A stretch of 64,000 nucleotides of DNA from assembly GCA_964016885.1 (NCBI GenBank), contig OZ024740.1, forward strand, positions 261,268,001-261,332,000, read 5' to 3'. The notes beneath the pieces are model-generated. The model had not been told where the DNA came from. It saw nothing but the letters and a program-made list of their open reading frames with translations, and ran no database searches. A program made the translations under genes and the position numbers. Each line of letters starts with the position of its first letter. Position 1 is the first letter of the stretch. Origin of the DNA: Eledone cirrhosa. Lineage: Eukaryota. Below are positions 50,335-63,970 of the stretch, in pieces.

Positions 50335-52450
50335 TACTGAGCAATGCCATTTCCCCGAGGGGATCACGGCTCTGTTTTCTTTTCTACTTACTAGGACCTT
50401 AGTTTTTGTTAGGTTGACTTTAAAACCCCTTGTTTCTAGGCTGTACTTCCATGTTTGGAATTTATTCTCTCGTTCCACCATAGACTCAGCTATGAGTGTT
50501 AGATTATCCGAGTACAGGAGTTCCCATGGTCAAATGGTCTTAAATTCATCTATTATAGTCTGCAGTACAGTAATAAACAGGAGAGGGCTAAGAACAGAGC
50601 CCTGGTGGACGCCAACCTGCACACTTGCTGACTGCTCCCCTATACATGACTTGTACAGCCTTCACAAGCCACTCATCTACTCCTAGCTTTCTCAGAGCCG
50701 ACACGATTATGGCACAGGGCACTCCGACGAAAGATATTGTCAGATCAACAAATGCCAAGTAGAGCAGCTTACTTTTAGCCAGGTACATTTCCTGTAACTG
50801 CTTCACCAGGAAGAGAGCATCTGTGGTGCTTTTGCCTGGTACAAATCTGAACTGCATCTCATCTAGCTTTACCGTCCCTAATCAGCTGTGCTATAACTCT
50901 TTCTGTTGCTTTCATGACCTGGTCCATCAACTTGATGCCTCTATAGTTTCCTCTATCTAGTGCATCTCCTTTACCCTTGTATCAGTTGACAATAATACTG
51001 CAGCGCCTATCATTCGGTATGACACAATCTAGTATTACTTGGTTGACAATAGGTGTGGTTAAAGTGTGACCTACTGACCCAGATACTTTCGGCATTCCCG
51101 ATGGACCAGCTGCTTTCTGAGTCTTCATATCCTTAATTGCTTTACTTACAATACTGCTGATGACTTGTATAGTTGGGCTTTCTGTAGGGTATCTTTCTCC
51201 CATGCATTCTCTTTCATAATGGCTTTTCCACACAGCTTTCTTTTCAGTGCCTGTGAGGGTAAGTGCGCCTTTATCATCCTGGACACACTTCTCACCAATG
51301 ACATTGCAATTTTCACTAACTCACTACCTCACAATCCTGAACACCTCCTGTTTCTGGTCATCATGCTGCAAAACATGCTTGAATATTTTATCCTCTGCTT
51401 CCCTCCTTGCTAAGTATACTTGTTGACTAGCTTCTCTCCTGGCCTCTATGTAGTGTACTCTGCTTCTCCCATTCCTGTCTCTTGGTCACATCTAGCTTAT
51501 TATTCCACCACCAGCTCACTCTCCTTCTCTTAGTAGCCCTGCTTCATTCACAGTTCTCATCTGCCATCTTCAGTAGATTATCTTTCAGGAACTCTCAATG
51601 CTCTTCTATATTAAATGTCTCTATCTGTTCTTCTTTACTGTCATGTGCATCAAGTAAAATATCTCTAAATCTATATCCTTCCCCTCCAGCTCTGACAGTG
51701 AAATCGCTAACTACCATGTTAAGTTGGGAGGTGCATTCCTCACCAGGGGAAGTTATTTCCTCTTTACCACACTATCTTGTCCTCTGGTAAGGATAAAATC
51801 TATCTGGCTAGCATGTTCACCAGATCTATAGCTGATCAGGTGGTTGTGGGTTCTTTTGAAGTTTGTGTTACATATCAATAGGTAAATGGCATCACAGAAT
51901 TCTAGGAGCCTGAAACCATCTTCATTTCTTACGGCAAACCCGTAGCCTTTATGGACTCTGTAGAAGCCATAACAGTGTTTCCCAACATGTCCATTAAAGT
52001 CCCCTGTGATGATTAGTAAGTCTCTGTCGTCTGTTAGCACAGTAATAAGGATTGATATAACCTATCTTTGAATTTGTCAGTCAACCCAGACTGGGGTGCA
52101 TATGTAGATATAATTGTAGTCATTGTTCTATTTAGGACTAGTCTGAGTTTAATGATTCTCACTTTCACTCAATTTACAGTGATTACCTTATCTACCCATT
52201 TATCAGCTAATAAAATACCTACTCTGCCCAGTCTGTTGTCATTTCCCACCCAGATAAATTTGTAACATTGTTTTTTACCTACCAGGAATCTAGCTGACTC
52301 TCCTCTCTTGCACACAACATACATCAATTTTCTTCTACTCTAGCATCTCTACAATCTCTCCTGTTCTTCCTTTAATTGTGCAGACATTGATGGTGCCAAT
52401 TCAAAAGTTTGGGTATTTGTTGTCAGTGATAAAGGTGGAGGATGGTGGTG
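50335..52450 (-). mobile_element. Degraded RTE LINE (copy E)
   Basis: APE fragments TGDFNGHVG and SQIDFIL; RT fragments ending at SGKWHCS. Confidence 0.88.
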
Positions 52451-52958
52451 GATATTATATTTGCAGGAGTTGGGGTGTGTGTGTTTTCTGTATCTGAGAT
52501 GAAGAAGGTTTACATGGTCGCCTGTACACGTTGATTCATATTTATATTTAGGGCTGCTCCATCATTTCAGCCCATCCATAATAAACAAAGATCTCCAAGA
52601 GCATGAAAGAAAGAACAGCGGAGAAACAGAAAGGATAGTAGCAGTAGTAGCAATTATTGCCAGATAGAGGGGATCTTTGTATTGCTGTGGTCCGATTGGT
52701 CTAAGAGGATAAGGTGGTGTGTGAGAAATGGCGAGGTAAGTGAGTGGTTCAGCATTTATAGGAAGCATGAAATAAATACATGAAAAGCATAGAAAGCATG
52801 GAATAAATACATAGGATTCGTAAATTATAGATGGGCTTATAGCTGGTGGTTGGAGGAACTGCATGTGTTGCTTCAGACAGTGTGTAGAGTGAGAATGAAA
52901 GAAGAGACGAATCACTTTTACTCAATTTTGAAATCATGATATTGGTTAAATAATCAAG

Positions 52959-53302
52959 GAGGCACGTGGCTTAGTGGTTAGACCATTGGCCTTGCAATCA
53001 AAAGGTTGTGAGTTCAATTCTCAGACCGGGTGATGTGTTGTTTCCTTGAGCAAGACACTTTATTTCACATTGCTCCAGTTTACTCAGCTGTAGAAATGAG
53101 ATGATAGGGACCCCAGTCCCTATCATACCACTGCAAAGTAGTCGTGGAGGTGCCACGGCAAAAAAGCACCCAGCACTCACTGTAAATGAGGTTGGTGTTA
53201 GGAAGGGCATCCAGCTGTAGAAATCAAGCCAGAATCAGTTCCCGTCCCACCCTTGCAAGCAGGGAAAAAGCGGACGTAAAATGAAATGATGATGAAATGA
53301 TG
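52959..53302 (+). mobile_element. tRNA-SINE with RTE tail
   Basis: A and B boxes, RTE tail, and probable TSD aatcaag. Confidence 0.88.
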
Positions 53303-56124
53303 AATCAAGTGACGATGATCGCCATTGAAATATGAATCACAGCCTTATTAATAAAGGACTCTTTAACATCTACAACTTCACATTTCCTTCATTCTAATTT
53401 TGAAGAAATAACATGGCTTTGAGTGTTCAAATTGAATTGTATCCAAGTCTACCATATATATATATAGAAGGAATTTGTAGTTTACTTGAAGCATTGTATA
53501 TGGTATAAAGAATTCGAAGTTTGAAAGCCACGACAATGCAGGTTTGGAATAGTTCCTTTATTTTCCTCGGAAGAGATATTAATCTCGAAATATCATGACA
53601 TGAATAAATTAAGGTAAAAAAAAACAAGCCCTGTTTCTTATGATTTATTTATTCTGTCCAAGCCTGCATTGTTGTGGCTTTCAAACTTCGAATTCTTTAC
53701 ATATACATATATATATATATATTTCACATCAAGAATCTTGCAAAAATACAAAAACACACACACATATGCATATATCATACTTTATGTATTTGCTTAGCAA
53801 AATTCTTGATGTGAAATCTGATGTATGAAACATATTGCCAATAAAAATCCTTACACCACTTAAGTTTCACTTCAGTTGTTATTAGTTAGATAACTAATCC
53901 ATTCGTCCCCACTCCACTTTAAAACCCAGACATGTCACTCATAACCCCATAGTAGATGTCATTACAGTACCTCACATACCATTGGAACCCACTCCTCCTT
54001 TCCCAGTCAAATCCTATCACCTCCACCACACCTGTGATATACCCCACACCTCTGTCCATAGTGTAGAGAGCTCTCTTCAGTTGACCAAATCACTGATAAC
54101 CTCTTTAGTGCTAGTGCCACAAGAAATGCATCTCATAAGGAAGTTGGCGATAGGAATTGCATCCAGTTATAAAGAGTCTAGAGGACTGTTCAGTTCTCAA
54201 TCTTAGTATGGTCAAACTGTGCTTGTTGCCCCTTCTCGGAGCTCTGTTGTGATACCTACTCAAAGACAAAACAATTTCCCTAGTTCTGGTGTCATGACAC
54301 AGTAGAGTATAGGATCTTATGTAAGCGAGATGTGGGCTCCTAGCCTATCTGAGGGGTCAGTAGTTCTGCTTGCATACTGATCAGTCTGACCCTTGATAGC
54401 AGGGATAATGGACATTAAACTCTGATGATAATTTGATAGGACTGGGTCAGTACCATTAAAAACACACAAGAAACTTATGAGATACAAATACATATAGAGC
54501 CAGCCAAACTTACACATGTGTGAGCTGTAACAATATATTAAACATTAAATTGGTTTTTTTTGTAGAAACCAAATTCAGTTCACTAAAAGCTGCAATAATT
54601 CTTTTGAATAATTCCAAGTTATTTTGTTTTTTTAATTCTTTTATTCATTTACTGGTTTCAGTTATTTGTAGCTTTGCAGGGATACCATCTTAAGGAAATT
54701 TTAACCAATCATATCAACCCCAGTATTTATTAAAGCCTGGTACTTTTTTTTTTTATTCTCATTCAATAATCACCTTTGATATATATGGTGTAACTGTTGG
54801 AATCATGACAAACTAACAATATTTGTATTGGACATCTGTATTCATCATTGGAGCTGGTTTGCCCCATCCTGGGTGAATGCCAATACAAGCACACATACTA
54901 TGATGTCTGTGCTTAATTAAAAATAAAAAAAATCTCCCATCAGGTACAGCAAGGAGTCTACGTATAAAATATCTAAAGACAACTTTATTTTTTCCACCAA
55001 CAGAGAACTGGGTGGACACAAAAACCCCAGCAAAATAATGTAAAAAAAACAATTTTTTAATATGAATTTTTAATGTTCTGTAACATATAAAAGTACATAA
55101 GCATGATATTTTTGTAAAGTACAAAACAGCTCTATGACTACATCACAGAAAATTAAATACTGAATTTTTTTAAAACTGTCTAGTTGTAAAGATACATTTG
55201 AAATCTGTATTTAGATATTTTCTAATACATAATTACAGGGTGTTAAATAATAAACATGTATAAACATTGGCTTTTATTTTGCATAATTGATTGTATTACA
55301 TTAAATACTAGTGTATCAATTTGTCCTCAAGTAAACATTTGAATTAACATACATTTTTAGATATTTTCTGCTAAACCATTACAGAATGTTAAAAGTTAAG
55401 TAACATTTGGTTGTAATCCAGTCTTTCAAGAAATGTCCACCAACTTCAAAACCCAAATAACAACAGTAATAATTGTTTCTAACATAGACACATGGCCACG
55501 ATTTAAGGAAGGGATGTGGTGGGGCTAGTTGATTAAACTGATTCAGTATTTGATGAGTACTTTATTTTATTGAGCCCGGAAGGATGAAAGCCAACATTGA
55601 TTTGAATTCAATTATTGGATGACAAAGTCCCAGGAGTTCCCCGTTGAAGAAGAGGAAAACCAAGGAAGACCTAAGCAGAAGTGGTGAAAGTAGATCTAAA
55701 AATGCTGAATCTGACTGAGGAAGTGATGAAGGAACACAAGTGGATGGGGGCTGTGTTGGAAAAGACCCATCTAACCCATACAAACATGTAAAAATAATGA
55801 TATTGAATGTTAAAAGTACTTAATTAACCATAGGTGGAGCGGCTGTTCCAGTGCGTATCCCTCACTATCATCCGGGGTAATGTAGTCTCTATCCAGTCAG
55901 CCAAGATCCAGAGATGGAGGATACTCGTTCGGACGTCACACATTTCCTCTTCTCACCCCACTTTCACTCACACAACACTGTCCCAGAATTTATAGGTATA
56001 AAACTTAACAACTCTTATTTCATTAATTTTCGTGTTGTTTATACAAAAACAAAAGACAATATATCTTGTTCTCCAATGTGTATTCATTTGGGAGACAATA
56101 TATTTAGATTTACAAGAGGATTTC

Positions 56125-57411
56125 TCAGGTTTCACAATTGAAAGACTTGCCTCCAATGTGTATTCGTTCATGTGTTTTTAAGAGACTGTTTGAGATAAAG
56201 GATTTCCAACATATTCCACAGTGATAGGGTTTTTCTCCTGTGTGTGTTCTTTTATGAATTACAAGAGTAGAATTAACAGAAAAAGATTTACCACAAATTT
56301 CACAATGAAATGGTTTTTCTCCAGTGTGACAACGTGTGTGGATCACAAGATTGGAATTATTAATGAAAGATTTGCCACATATTTCACAGTTAAACAATTT
56401 TTCACCAGTGTGTAATCTTTTATGGCTTCTTAAATAACTATTATCAACAAAATATTTCCCACATACGTCACAACGATAGGGTTGTTCTCCAGTGTGTGTT
56501 TTCATGTGTCTTGTTAATTTACTGTTATCAACAAAAGACCTACCACATATATCACAATGATAGGGTCTTTCTCCTGTGTGACTACGTATGTGGATTACAA
56601 GACTTGAATTCTGAATGAAAGAATCCCCACATATTTCACACTGAAAATGTTTTTCTCCAGTGTGTGTTCTTCTGTGTTTTGATAGACCACTATTATCAAC
56701 AAAAGATTTCCCACATATTTCACAGTGGAATGGTTTCTCTCCAGTATGTATTCTTTTATGTTTTGTTAAATCACTGTTACAGATAAAAGATTTCTCACAT
56801 ATTTCACATTGAAAAGGTTTCTCTCCAGTGTGTATCCTTATATGACTTGTTAAATAACTGTTATCAACAAATGATTTCCCACATATTTCACAGGAAAATG
56901 GTTTTTCTCCGGTGTGGCTACGTATGTGGGTGACAAGGTTAGAATTCTGAATAAAAGATTTTCCACATATTTCACAGCAATATGTTTTTTCTCCACTGTG
57001 TATTCGGTTGTGCCTTACTAAACTACAATTATCAGAGAATGTTTTCCCGCATATTTCACAATGATAAGGTTTGTCTCCAGTGTGTATTCTGTTGTGTCTT
57101 GTTAACTTACTACGAGAGACAAATGACTTCCCACATGTTTCACAGCAATACAGTTTTTCTTCAGTGTGTATTCTTATGTGTCGTTTTAACTTGCACCTAG
57201 TGACAAAATATTTCCCGCATATTTCACAATGAAAAGGTTTTTCTGCTGTGTGTGTTGCTTTGTGTGTGAATATTTCATATTGTGAAGAGAATGTTTTCTT
57301 ACAAATCTCACAGCCATATTCAGGAATATTTTCATGTAGCGATCTTTGTTCAGCAAATGTTTCACTACATAAAGGCTTCTCATCATTGTATGTCTGTGTA
57401 TCTGAATCCAT
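56125..57411 (-). CDS. Tandem C2H2 zinc-finger protein B (14 fingers)
   Basis: 428-aa intact ORF with TGEKP linkers. Confidence 0.93.
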   Translation of the reverse strand: MDSDTQTYNDEKPLCSETFAEQRSLHENIPEYGCEICKKTFSSQYEIFTHKATHTAEKPFHCEICGKYFVTRCKLKRHIRIHTEEKLYCCETCGKSFVSRSKLTRHNRIHTGDKPYHCEICGKTFSDNCSLVRHNRIHSGEKTYCCEICGKSFIQNSNLVTHIRSHTGEKPFSCEICGKSFVDNSYLTSHIRIHTGEKPFQCEICEKSFICNSDLTKHKRIHTGEKPFHCEICGKSFVDNSGLSKHRRTHTGEKHFQCEICGDSFIQNSSLVIHIRSHTGERPYHCDICGRSFVDNSKLTRHMKTHTGEQPYRCDVCGKYFVDNSYLRSHKRLHTGEKLFNCEICGKSFINNSNLVIHTRCHTGEKPFHCEICGKSFSVNSTLVIHKRTHTGEKPYHCGICWKSFISNSLLKTHERIHIGGKSFNCET

Positions 57412-58160
57412 ATCGTTAGAAACAGTTGTATTACAAATGTCAAAGTGTTTAACGTATTCGATATTAATTCTCTAGGAATCTTTAAACACTGAGAAGTGTC
57501 TGTGAGTGTAACTTATGATTTAGTTTCGTGACTTAAAGAGACTGGGTCTCTGTTAACATGATATAATTAGACTGACTGAAGTATAATCTATTATGGCTCA
57601 GTTTCTTGTCTTAGATATTCTTGAAGTCTGTGGAACATATGCAACGTTGATATATTTTCTACTTACCAATAGAATGCTTGTGACAATGTGTTCTTTCCAA
57701 GCGGCACACATATTACAGAATACAAATATATATATATATACTATGTTAGACTATTTAGATATTGTAAACAGATGTTATGTAGGGAACATAATATACAGTG
57801 TCCTTAAATGACTGATAGCTGAGGTCCTGATAAAAATCAACCTTCTTCTACTGTAGTCTGTAATGATGGTATGTTTAAAGTATGAAACAATATGATAGTA
57901 TAAGACCAATATCGGAGAAACAAATGCTGCTTCTATATAAATGTGTGTGTGCGTGCGCGTGTGAAGTTCTGAAAATTCAAGATTTTTTCATCAAAGAATA
58001 TACGAAAGTAGACAATGTGTTCTGTGATGGTAATACAAATAATTCTTGATTTCCAATTGAAGACCAACTGGAAAGTGAAGGTTCAAGAAACTAATTGTTC
58101 TTTGGTTGATGATTTCAACCTATTGTCCGTATTCTCTATAACAGAGCTCAACCTATTTAC

Positions 58161-58222
58161 CATGTGGTGTAGTTTGTGATGATGTTATATATTTAATCAC
58201 GGTAGGTGATGGAATTTCATTC
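58161..58222 (-). other. Putative 62-nt upstream exon of zinc-finger gene B
   Basis: tttcag|...|gtaaat; homologous to 34923-34984. Confidence 0.55.
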
Positions 58223-58456
58223 CTGAAACATGAAGGTAGTCTATGTTATCCACAAATATTACAGTTCATCATAGCATAAAATAATTGTTACACATGATAT
58301 AATTAAATTTCACAAAGTTAGGTTGACACTAAGTAGACGGTGTTATCTGTAATTCTTCCCTTGGTTAAATGAGACCGGTGACACATGTTAGACGTCCCTA
58401 ACATGATTTACTACATTCAGAAATAACCTCAATCACGACACTTTATTCGTCTAATT

Positions 58457-59157
58457 CACAGGTTCTCAACCCATTTAGGCCAAACGCCCCCTTTTGTCCC
58501 TCGAAATCACGAAACGCCCCCCCCCCCCCACCTATTTTTACATTTTTCAATATACTACTGATTTTTATATCAGTAGATTACTAAAAAATTGATTAACAAT
58601 ATTCCAAAGATGTGTGTATTATCTGATTATGTGTTGTATGTGGTCCTAGATGTGTGTTCTACTCGCTTCTGTTTTTTTTCTTTTGTTTTTTTTTATTTGT
58701 AATATTATTTATACAATAGGGAATAAAATAGATCTACATAGTGTTAACTCGTTACGGTTGAGTCAATAATTTCAGACATGAAATACATTGTTATCGGTGA
58801 AGGAAAGATAAGATTCTAACTGGCTGCGCTCAAAGTATCCTTGACCCAGTTGACTGTGGGTTTTTCCATTTTTAGGATCTCAATTACGGGGTTAACGTCT
58901 CAATTACCAGACATGCCTGCCCACCTGCTCACAGCTGCGGTCAGACTATAGTTATGCTGTCTGCAAGCTCATTCAAATGCATTCACACAGGCTGTCTCAA
59001 AGACATACAAATATGGCTTATAAAACTTACCAAAATAAAGAGCCTTCCAGCCCCCCCCCCCCTCCCCCAGCTCCAAACGCGACCTTGCTCCCAAACGCCC
59101 CCCTGGAGTTCCGAAACGCCCCCCGGGGATGCATATGCCCCCTGTTGAGAACCTTTG
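58457..59157. mobile_element. Non-autonomous hAT element
   Basis: TIR CA(C/A)AGGTTCTCAAC; 8-bp TSD gtctaatt/gtctaaat. Confidence 0.8.
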
Positions 59158-59883
59158 GTCTAAATGTATCCAGCTCATGGTAATTAAGAAAATATTATAT
59201 CAGCAAAATAACTGTTATGGATCAACGTATCAGCCCTTATTTGGTTGTTTAATCTGCTAGAAATAGCAGCCCAATACTTCTCAAATCCTTAAAAAATATA
59301 AGGACTCATTACAGTATAAGATATACAAGCCCTAGATATACAAAAAACAAAACAAAACAAAAAAAAAACAGACACGATTAAATCGACCCCAGTGCGTTAC
59401 TGCTACTTTATTTTATGGACCACATAAGGATGAAAGGTAAAGCTAAAGTCGGCGGGATTTGAATTCAGAACGTAAATGGCTGTAACTCTATGTCGCAAAG
59501 CATATTGTCCCACGCTCTACCGATACTGCCAATCCACCAAAAATAATAAAAGAAAAAAAAAAAAGATGAGGAGAAGACATACACGCTCAATCACACGCCA
59601 AAACAAGAGGCAAAGATGATAAAGGGACTAAGATACTGTAATAACCAAGCATCCTCGTAGGCATCATCTAATACGTCAGTTAGGCGAGCCACCAACAATA
59701 ACAAGAACCTTCTTGTCAGTGGCCAAGCTTCCCCTGTATAACTGTAATTTTACTGATGTTTAAGGATTAGACAACTTCGTGGTCTCTGCGAACAGAATGA
59801 AGACGTTGCCCCGGATGATGTCGAGGGGAATACGCTAGAACAGCCACTCCAGCTCATTCCTGTTGGTAGCCAACCCCATCTCT

Positions 59884-60086
59884 ATAACAGTGAGTAGGGA
59901 TGCAGTCTGAGGGCCAACTCCGACCCGATAGCGGTGAGTAGGGATGTGGTTCGCGGGTTAACTCTGCCCTGATAGCAGTAAGTAGGGTTGTGCTCCGGGA
60001 AGCCGACAGCCCGATAGTAATGACTAGGGGTGTAGTCCGGGAACCAACTCTGCCCCAATAGCAGTGAGCAGGGATGTGGTCCGGGT
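59884..60086. repeat. GC-rich minisatellite, about 5 units of 42-44 bp
   Basis: Approximate consensus ATAGCAGTGAGTAGGGATGTGGTCCGGG..CCAACTCTGCCC. Confidence 0.75.
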
Positions 60087-60309
60087 TCCAAGAACGCCGA
60101 AAATCTCCACTTAAGAATGAAAACATTACAAAATAATACGTATTCCTCATTAATAACTTTCTTGACTGAAAAGAAGAATACTTGTAGAAGTAACCTTTTT
60201 CTATTTTTAATTATCTATATAAGGGCCGAAAAACTTGCTTGAGAGAGGTTCTTCTCTGAAGACCTTCTGTTGTCCAGCTCTCCTGAGAGTTTCTTATCAC
60301 TTTATAAAT

Positions 60310-61340
60310 CATCACTCCATTTAACGTCCATTTTTCCAAACTGGCATCGGTTAGACGAGTCATCCTGTTGTGAGCAATGCCAGGTCAGGTGACCATGTCT
60401 TGCTCGTACAAAACCAATAGTTTGCATTTGGGGCAGAGGATGGAATTTCTACCTACACCTTTTCTTCGTACTGAGCAAGGCCATTTCCCTGTGGGTTCTG
60501 TTTTCTCTTCTACTTACTTGAAGCTTAGTTTGTCAGGTTGACTTTAAGACCCCTTGTTTCTAAGCTGTGCTTCCACGTTTGAAATTTCTTCTCTAGTTCC
60601 ACCATAGATTCCGCTGTGAGTGTGAGATCATCCGCCTACACAGGCAGCCGGTCTTAAACTCTTCTCTTATAGCCTGTAGTACGATGATAAACAGGAGAGA
60701 GCTAAGAACGCCAACCTGTACGCTAAATTCCTTGCTATAGTCGCTGTTAATCCTAACTTTGCTGACTGCTCCTCTATACATGGCTTGTAGACAGGGCCGT
60801 CTTAACAGCATTATAGGCCCCCGGGCAAAGCAGAGCACTGGGGTCCCTACCTACACAACCACTCACAGGAATAAAAATACAAATGGCCCCCTATCCTCGT
60901 GGGGCCCCGGGCAACTGCCCAGCATGCCCATGCGTTAAGACGGCCCTGCTTGTAGAGCTTCAACACGCCACTCATTTACTCCTAGTTTTCTCAGAGCCCA
61001 CCAAATTATGGCACGGGACACCCTGACGAAAGATTTTTCCATATCGACAAATGCCAAGTAGAGCGGCTTACTAGGTACTTTTCCTGTAACTGCTTCACCA
61101 GGGAGAGAACATCTGTGGTGCTTCTGCCTGGTACAAATCTGAACTGCATCTCATCTAGCTTTACCTAGTCCCTAACCACCTGTGCTATAACTCTTTCTGT
61201 TACTTTCATGACCTGGTCCATCAACTTAATGCCTCTATAGTTTCCTCTATCTAGTGCATCTCCTTTACCCTTGTAGCAGTTGACAATGATACCGCAATGC
61301 CTATCATTCAGAATGACACCATCTAGTATTACTTGGTATA
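60310..61340 (-). mobile_element. Degraded RTE LINE (copy F)
   Basis: YKGKGDALDRGNYRGIKL and LFIIVLQAI fragments. Confidence 0.85.
60792..60948. mobile_element. hAT-type MITE nested in RTE copy F
   Basis: TIR CAGGGCCGTCTTAAC; perfect 8-bp TSD cttgtaga. Confidence 0.9.
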
Positions 61341-61344
61341 TTAT

Positions 61345-61677
61345 ACTAGACCACACATGACCCGTTGGGTCACGTTCACTACAAAATATTTTTTTAAAAT
61401 CATGTTCACTTAAAAATAATTTTTAAATACTTAAAATATACAGACATGTATATAATGTGAAATGAAACTGAAAGGCCCATATATATATACGTGTGTGTAT
61501 GTATATACATGAATGTGTGTGTGTGTGCATATATATGTATGTGTGTGTATATATATGTGGATGTCTGTGATCTGTATAGACTGGTCATAGACACACATAT
61601 ATATATATATACAGAACACCACCAGCTCTCTCTTTCAATTTACTCTCACAACCACTATCTCCTTCTCTCTATTTCTC

Positions 61678-61753
<76 letters not shown>

Positions 61754-62110
61754 TCTGTTTATGAAGGTACCAGGAAAAACCCCATATCTCGGGAACCCAT
61801 GCTTCGATTTACGCGAAACTTGTTTTATTCCATTTGTATTCCCATTTCAGAGTCAACTTCCTTTCAAAGTATCTTCCCATTATGCGACCTTTTGGCTGTA
61901 TTACATTGCAGACAAGTCACCAAGCAATAACAGAATTTTAGTAGTATATTAGACCACTCGTGACTTCACTTCAAAATATTTTATTTTAATCATGTTCACT
62001 TAAAAATAATTTTTAAATAATTAAACTATACACAGACATGTATATAATGTGAAATGAAACTGGAAGGCCCATATATATACGTGTGTGTATGTATATATAT
62101 ATATAAATGT
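61345..62110. repeat. Direct repeat (~61380-61520 and ~61965-62100) around (CT)n, possibly Helentron-derived
   Basis: The duplication is visible; the family is uncertain. Confidence 0.5.
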
Positions 62111-62204
62111 GTGTGTTTGTATACATATATATATAAGAGAGTATTGAAGTTTGATTGAAGCATTGTGGAATAATAAGATATATTTTTTTTAGGTCGTTTT
62201 GGAA

Positions 62205-63970
62205 GCAGTGTTGAATAGTGCGTGGTGGTAGTAGTATTCTCTGCCTGTTTGGTGAATGTTACTGTGTGTGTGCGTGTGTTGTTGTCTCGCTTGTGTGTGT
62301 GTGTGTGTTGTTGTCTCGCTTGTGTGTGTGTGTGTGTGCGTGTGTTGTTGTCTCGCTTGTGTGTGTGTGCGTGTGTTGTTGTCTCGCTTGTGTGTGTGTG
62401 TGTGTGTGTGCGTGTGTTGTTGCCTCGTTCGTCTGTATTAGCAGTGTAGTATGTTCGTATGGTGAATGCTACTGTGTGTGCGTGTGTTGCTGTCTCGCTT
62501 GTGTGTGTGCGTGTGTTGCTGCATCGTTTGTTTACTTAAACCAACAACCTCATTTCGCTTCTCTCGGATCGGTTATTTATTTGTGGCCCTAGGCGTTTGA
62601 TCCAAAGTGCTTCCTTGATTCGTAATGTGCCGACGTTTCTTTCCGTCGCTAGAATTGTGACAATTGAACGTCTCATAGATTCTGTTCGCCATGTCTTGGG
62701 AAGATGTGAGGATATCGTCCACGTACCTTGAGAAAAAGGCGACGGCGTTCGGGTGGCAGGCGTTCAGTGCTTTGCGTTCGAGGCTGTCCATGTATGAGAT
62801 CGCTAGCACACCCGACAGGCTTGAGCCCATGGGCAGTCCCGAGGTTTGCTGGTATGTATGTGTTGTCAACGAAGTTGGATAGGAGTTGGTGGATGTCAGT
62901 GGTGGTGAGCCCGAAGCAGTGTAGGTCGGTGGATTGGACGCGTTCCATCAGTATATTAACGGCCGGGGCCGAGGTGTAGAGAGCGACATCTTCTCAAGAT
63001 ATGGCGAACAGAATCTGAGACGTTCAACAACACGGACGAGAACATTGATTTCAGTGTTGAACACCCCAGCGACGACGGGTCACTTGCCCTCCTCGACTTC
63101 CGAATCAACATCACGGAACAAGGAGGGATCCACTGCAACTTCTACCGAAAGGCAGCCTGCGGGGACCTGTTCGTCCACTACAGGTTCGCCCTCCCTAACA
63201 GTGCTAAAAGAGGATACATCACGAACGAGATCACGCGAATTAAAAACAGATGCAGCGATCCCGCGAGTGGTGTCACTCATACCAAGCGATTCCTCAAAGT
63301 GCTGGAGACGAATGGGTACCCTGTCTCACTCACACCAGACGCAAGAGGCAGAGAAACGCCCAAGGCAAGTGCTTCCTTAAAATACCACACCTGGGCGAGA
63401 ATACCACCAACGCTATCCGCAAGGCTATACGGAGGGAGGGCCTCGACATCCACCTGGCCCACTCCCTGCGAAGATGCCTCTCCAGGAAACCCGGGAAACC
63501 GACTGACGCGTGCTCCCTCAGTAACTGCTCGATGCGCCATACGAACTGTTGCCTACGCACATACGTCGTGTATAAGATAGAATGTAACAAGTGCAACCAC
63601 TACTATATAGGTAGCACAATCCGGCCGCTACACATCCGGATCAAGAAGCACATTAACACCAGGGCCTCATCTTTCCGGAAACAAAGACGGAAGGCCCATT
63701 GTCACAATTCTAGCGACAGAAAGAAACGTCAGCACATTACGTATCAAGGAAGCACTTTGGATCAAACGCCTAGGGCCACAAATAAATAACCGATCCGAGA
63801 GAAGCGAAATGAGGTGGTTGGTTTAAATAAACAAACGATGCAACACACGCACACAAGCGAGACAGCAATACACGCACACACAATCGAGACAACACACGCA
63901 CACACACAGTAATATTCACCACACAGGCAGAGAATACTACCACCACCACGCACTATTCAACACTGCTAAT
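62205..63970. mobile_element. Penelope-like element with inverted terminal duplication (RT + GIY-YIG fragments)
   Basis: GLPMGSSLS...RYVDD on -; VVYKIECNKC...YIGSTIR on +. 62205-62665 is inverted relative to 63698-63970. Confidence 0.88.

Noticed and set aside
53490-53700. Hammerhead in a small inverted repeat
   Set aside because: The inverted repeat is real, but the core reads CGGAAGA and the stems do not register properly.
59884-60086. CRISPR-like array
   Set aside because: The units are homologous along their whole length with no unique spacers, the context is eukaryotic, and there are no cas genes.
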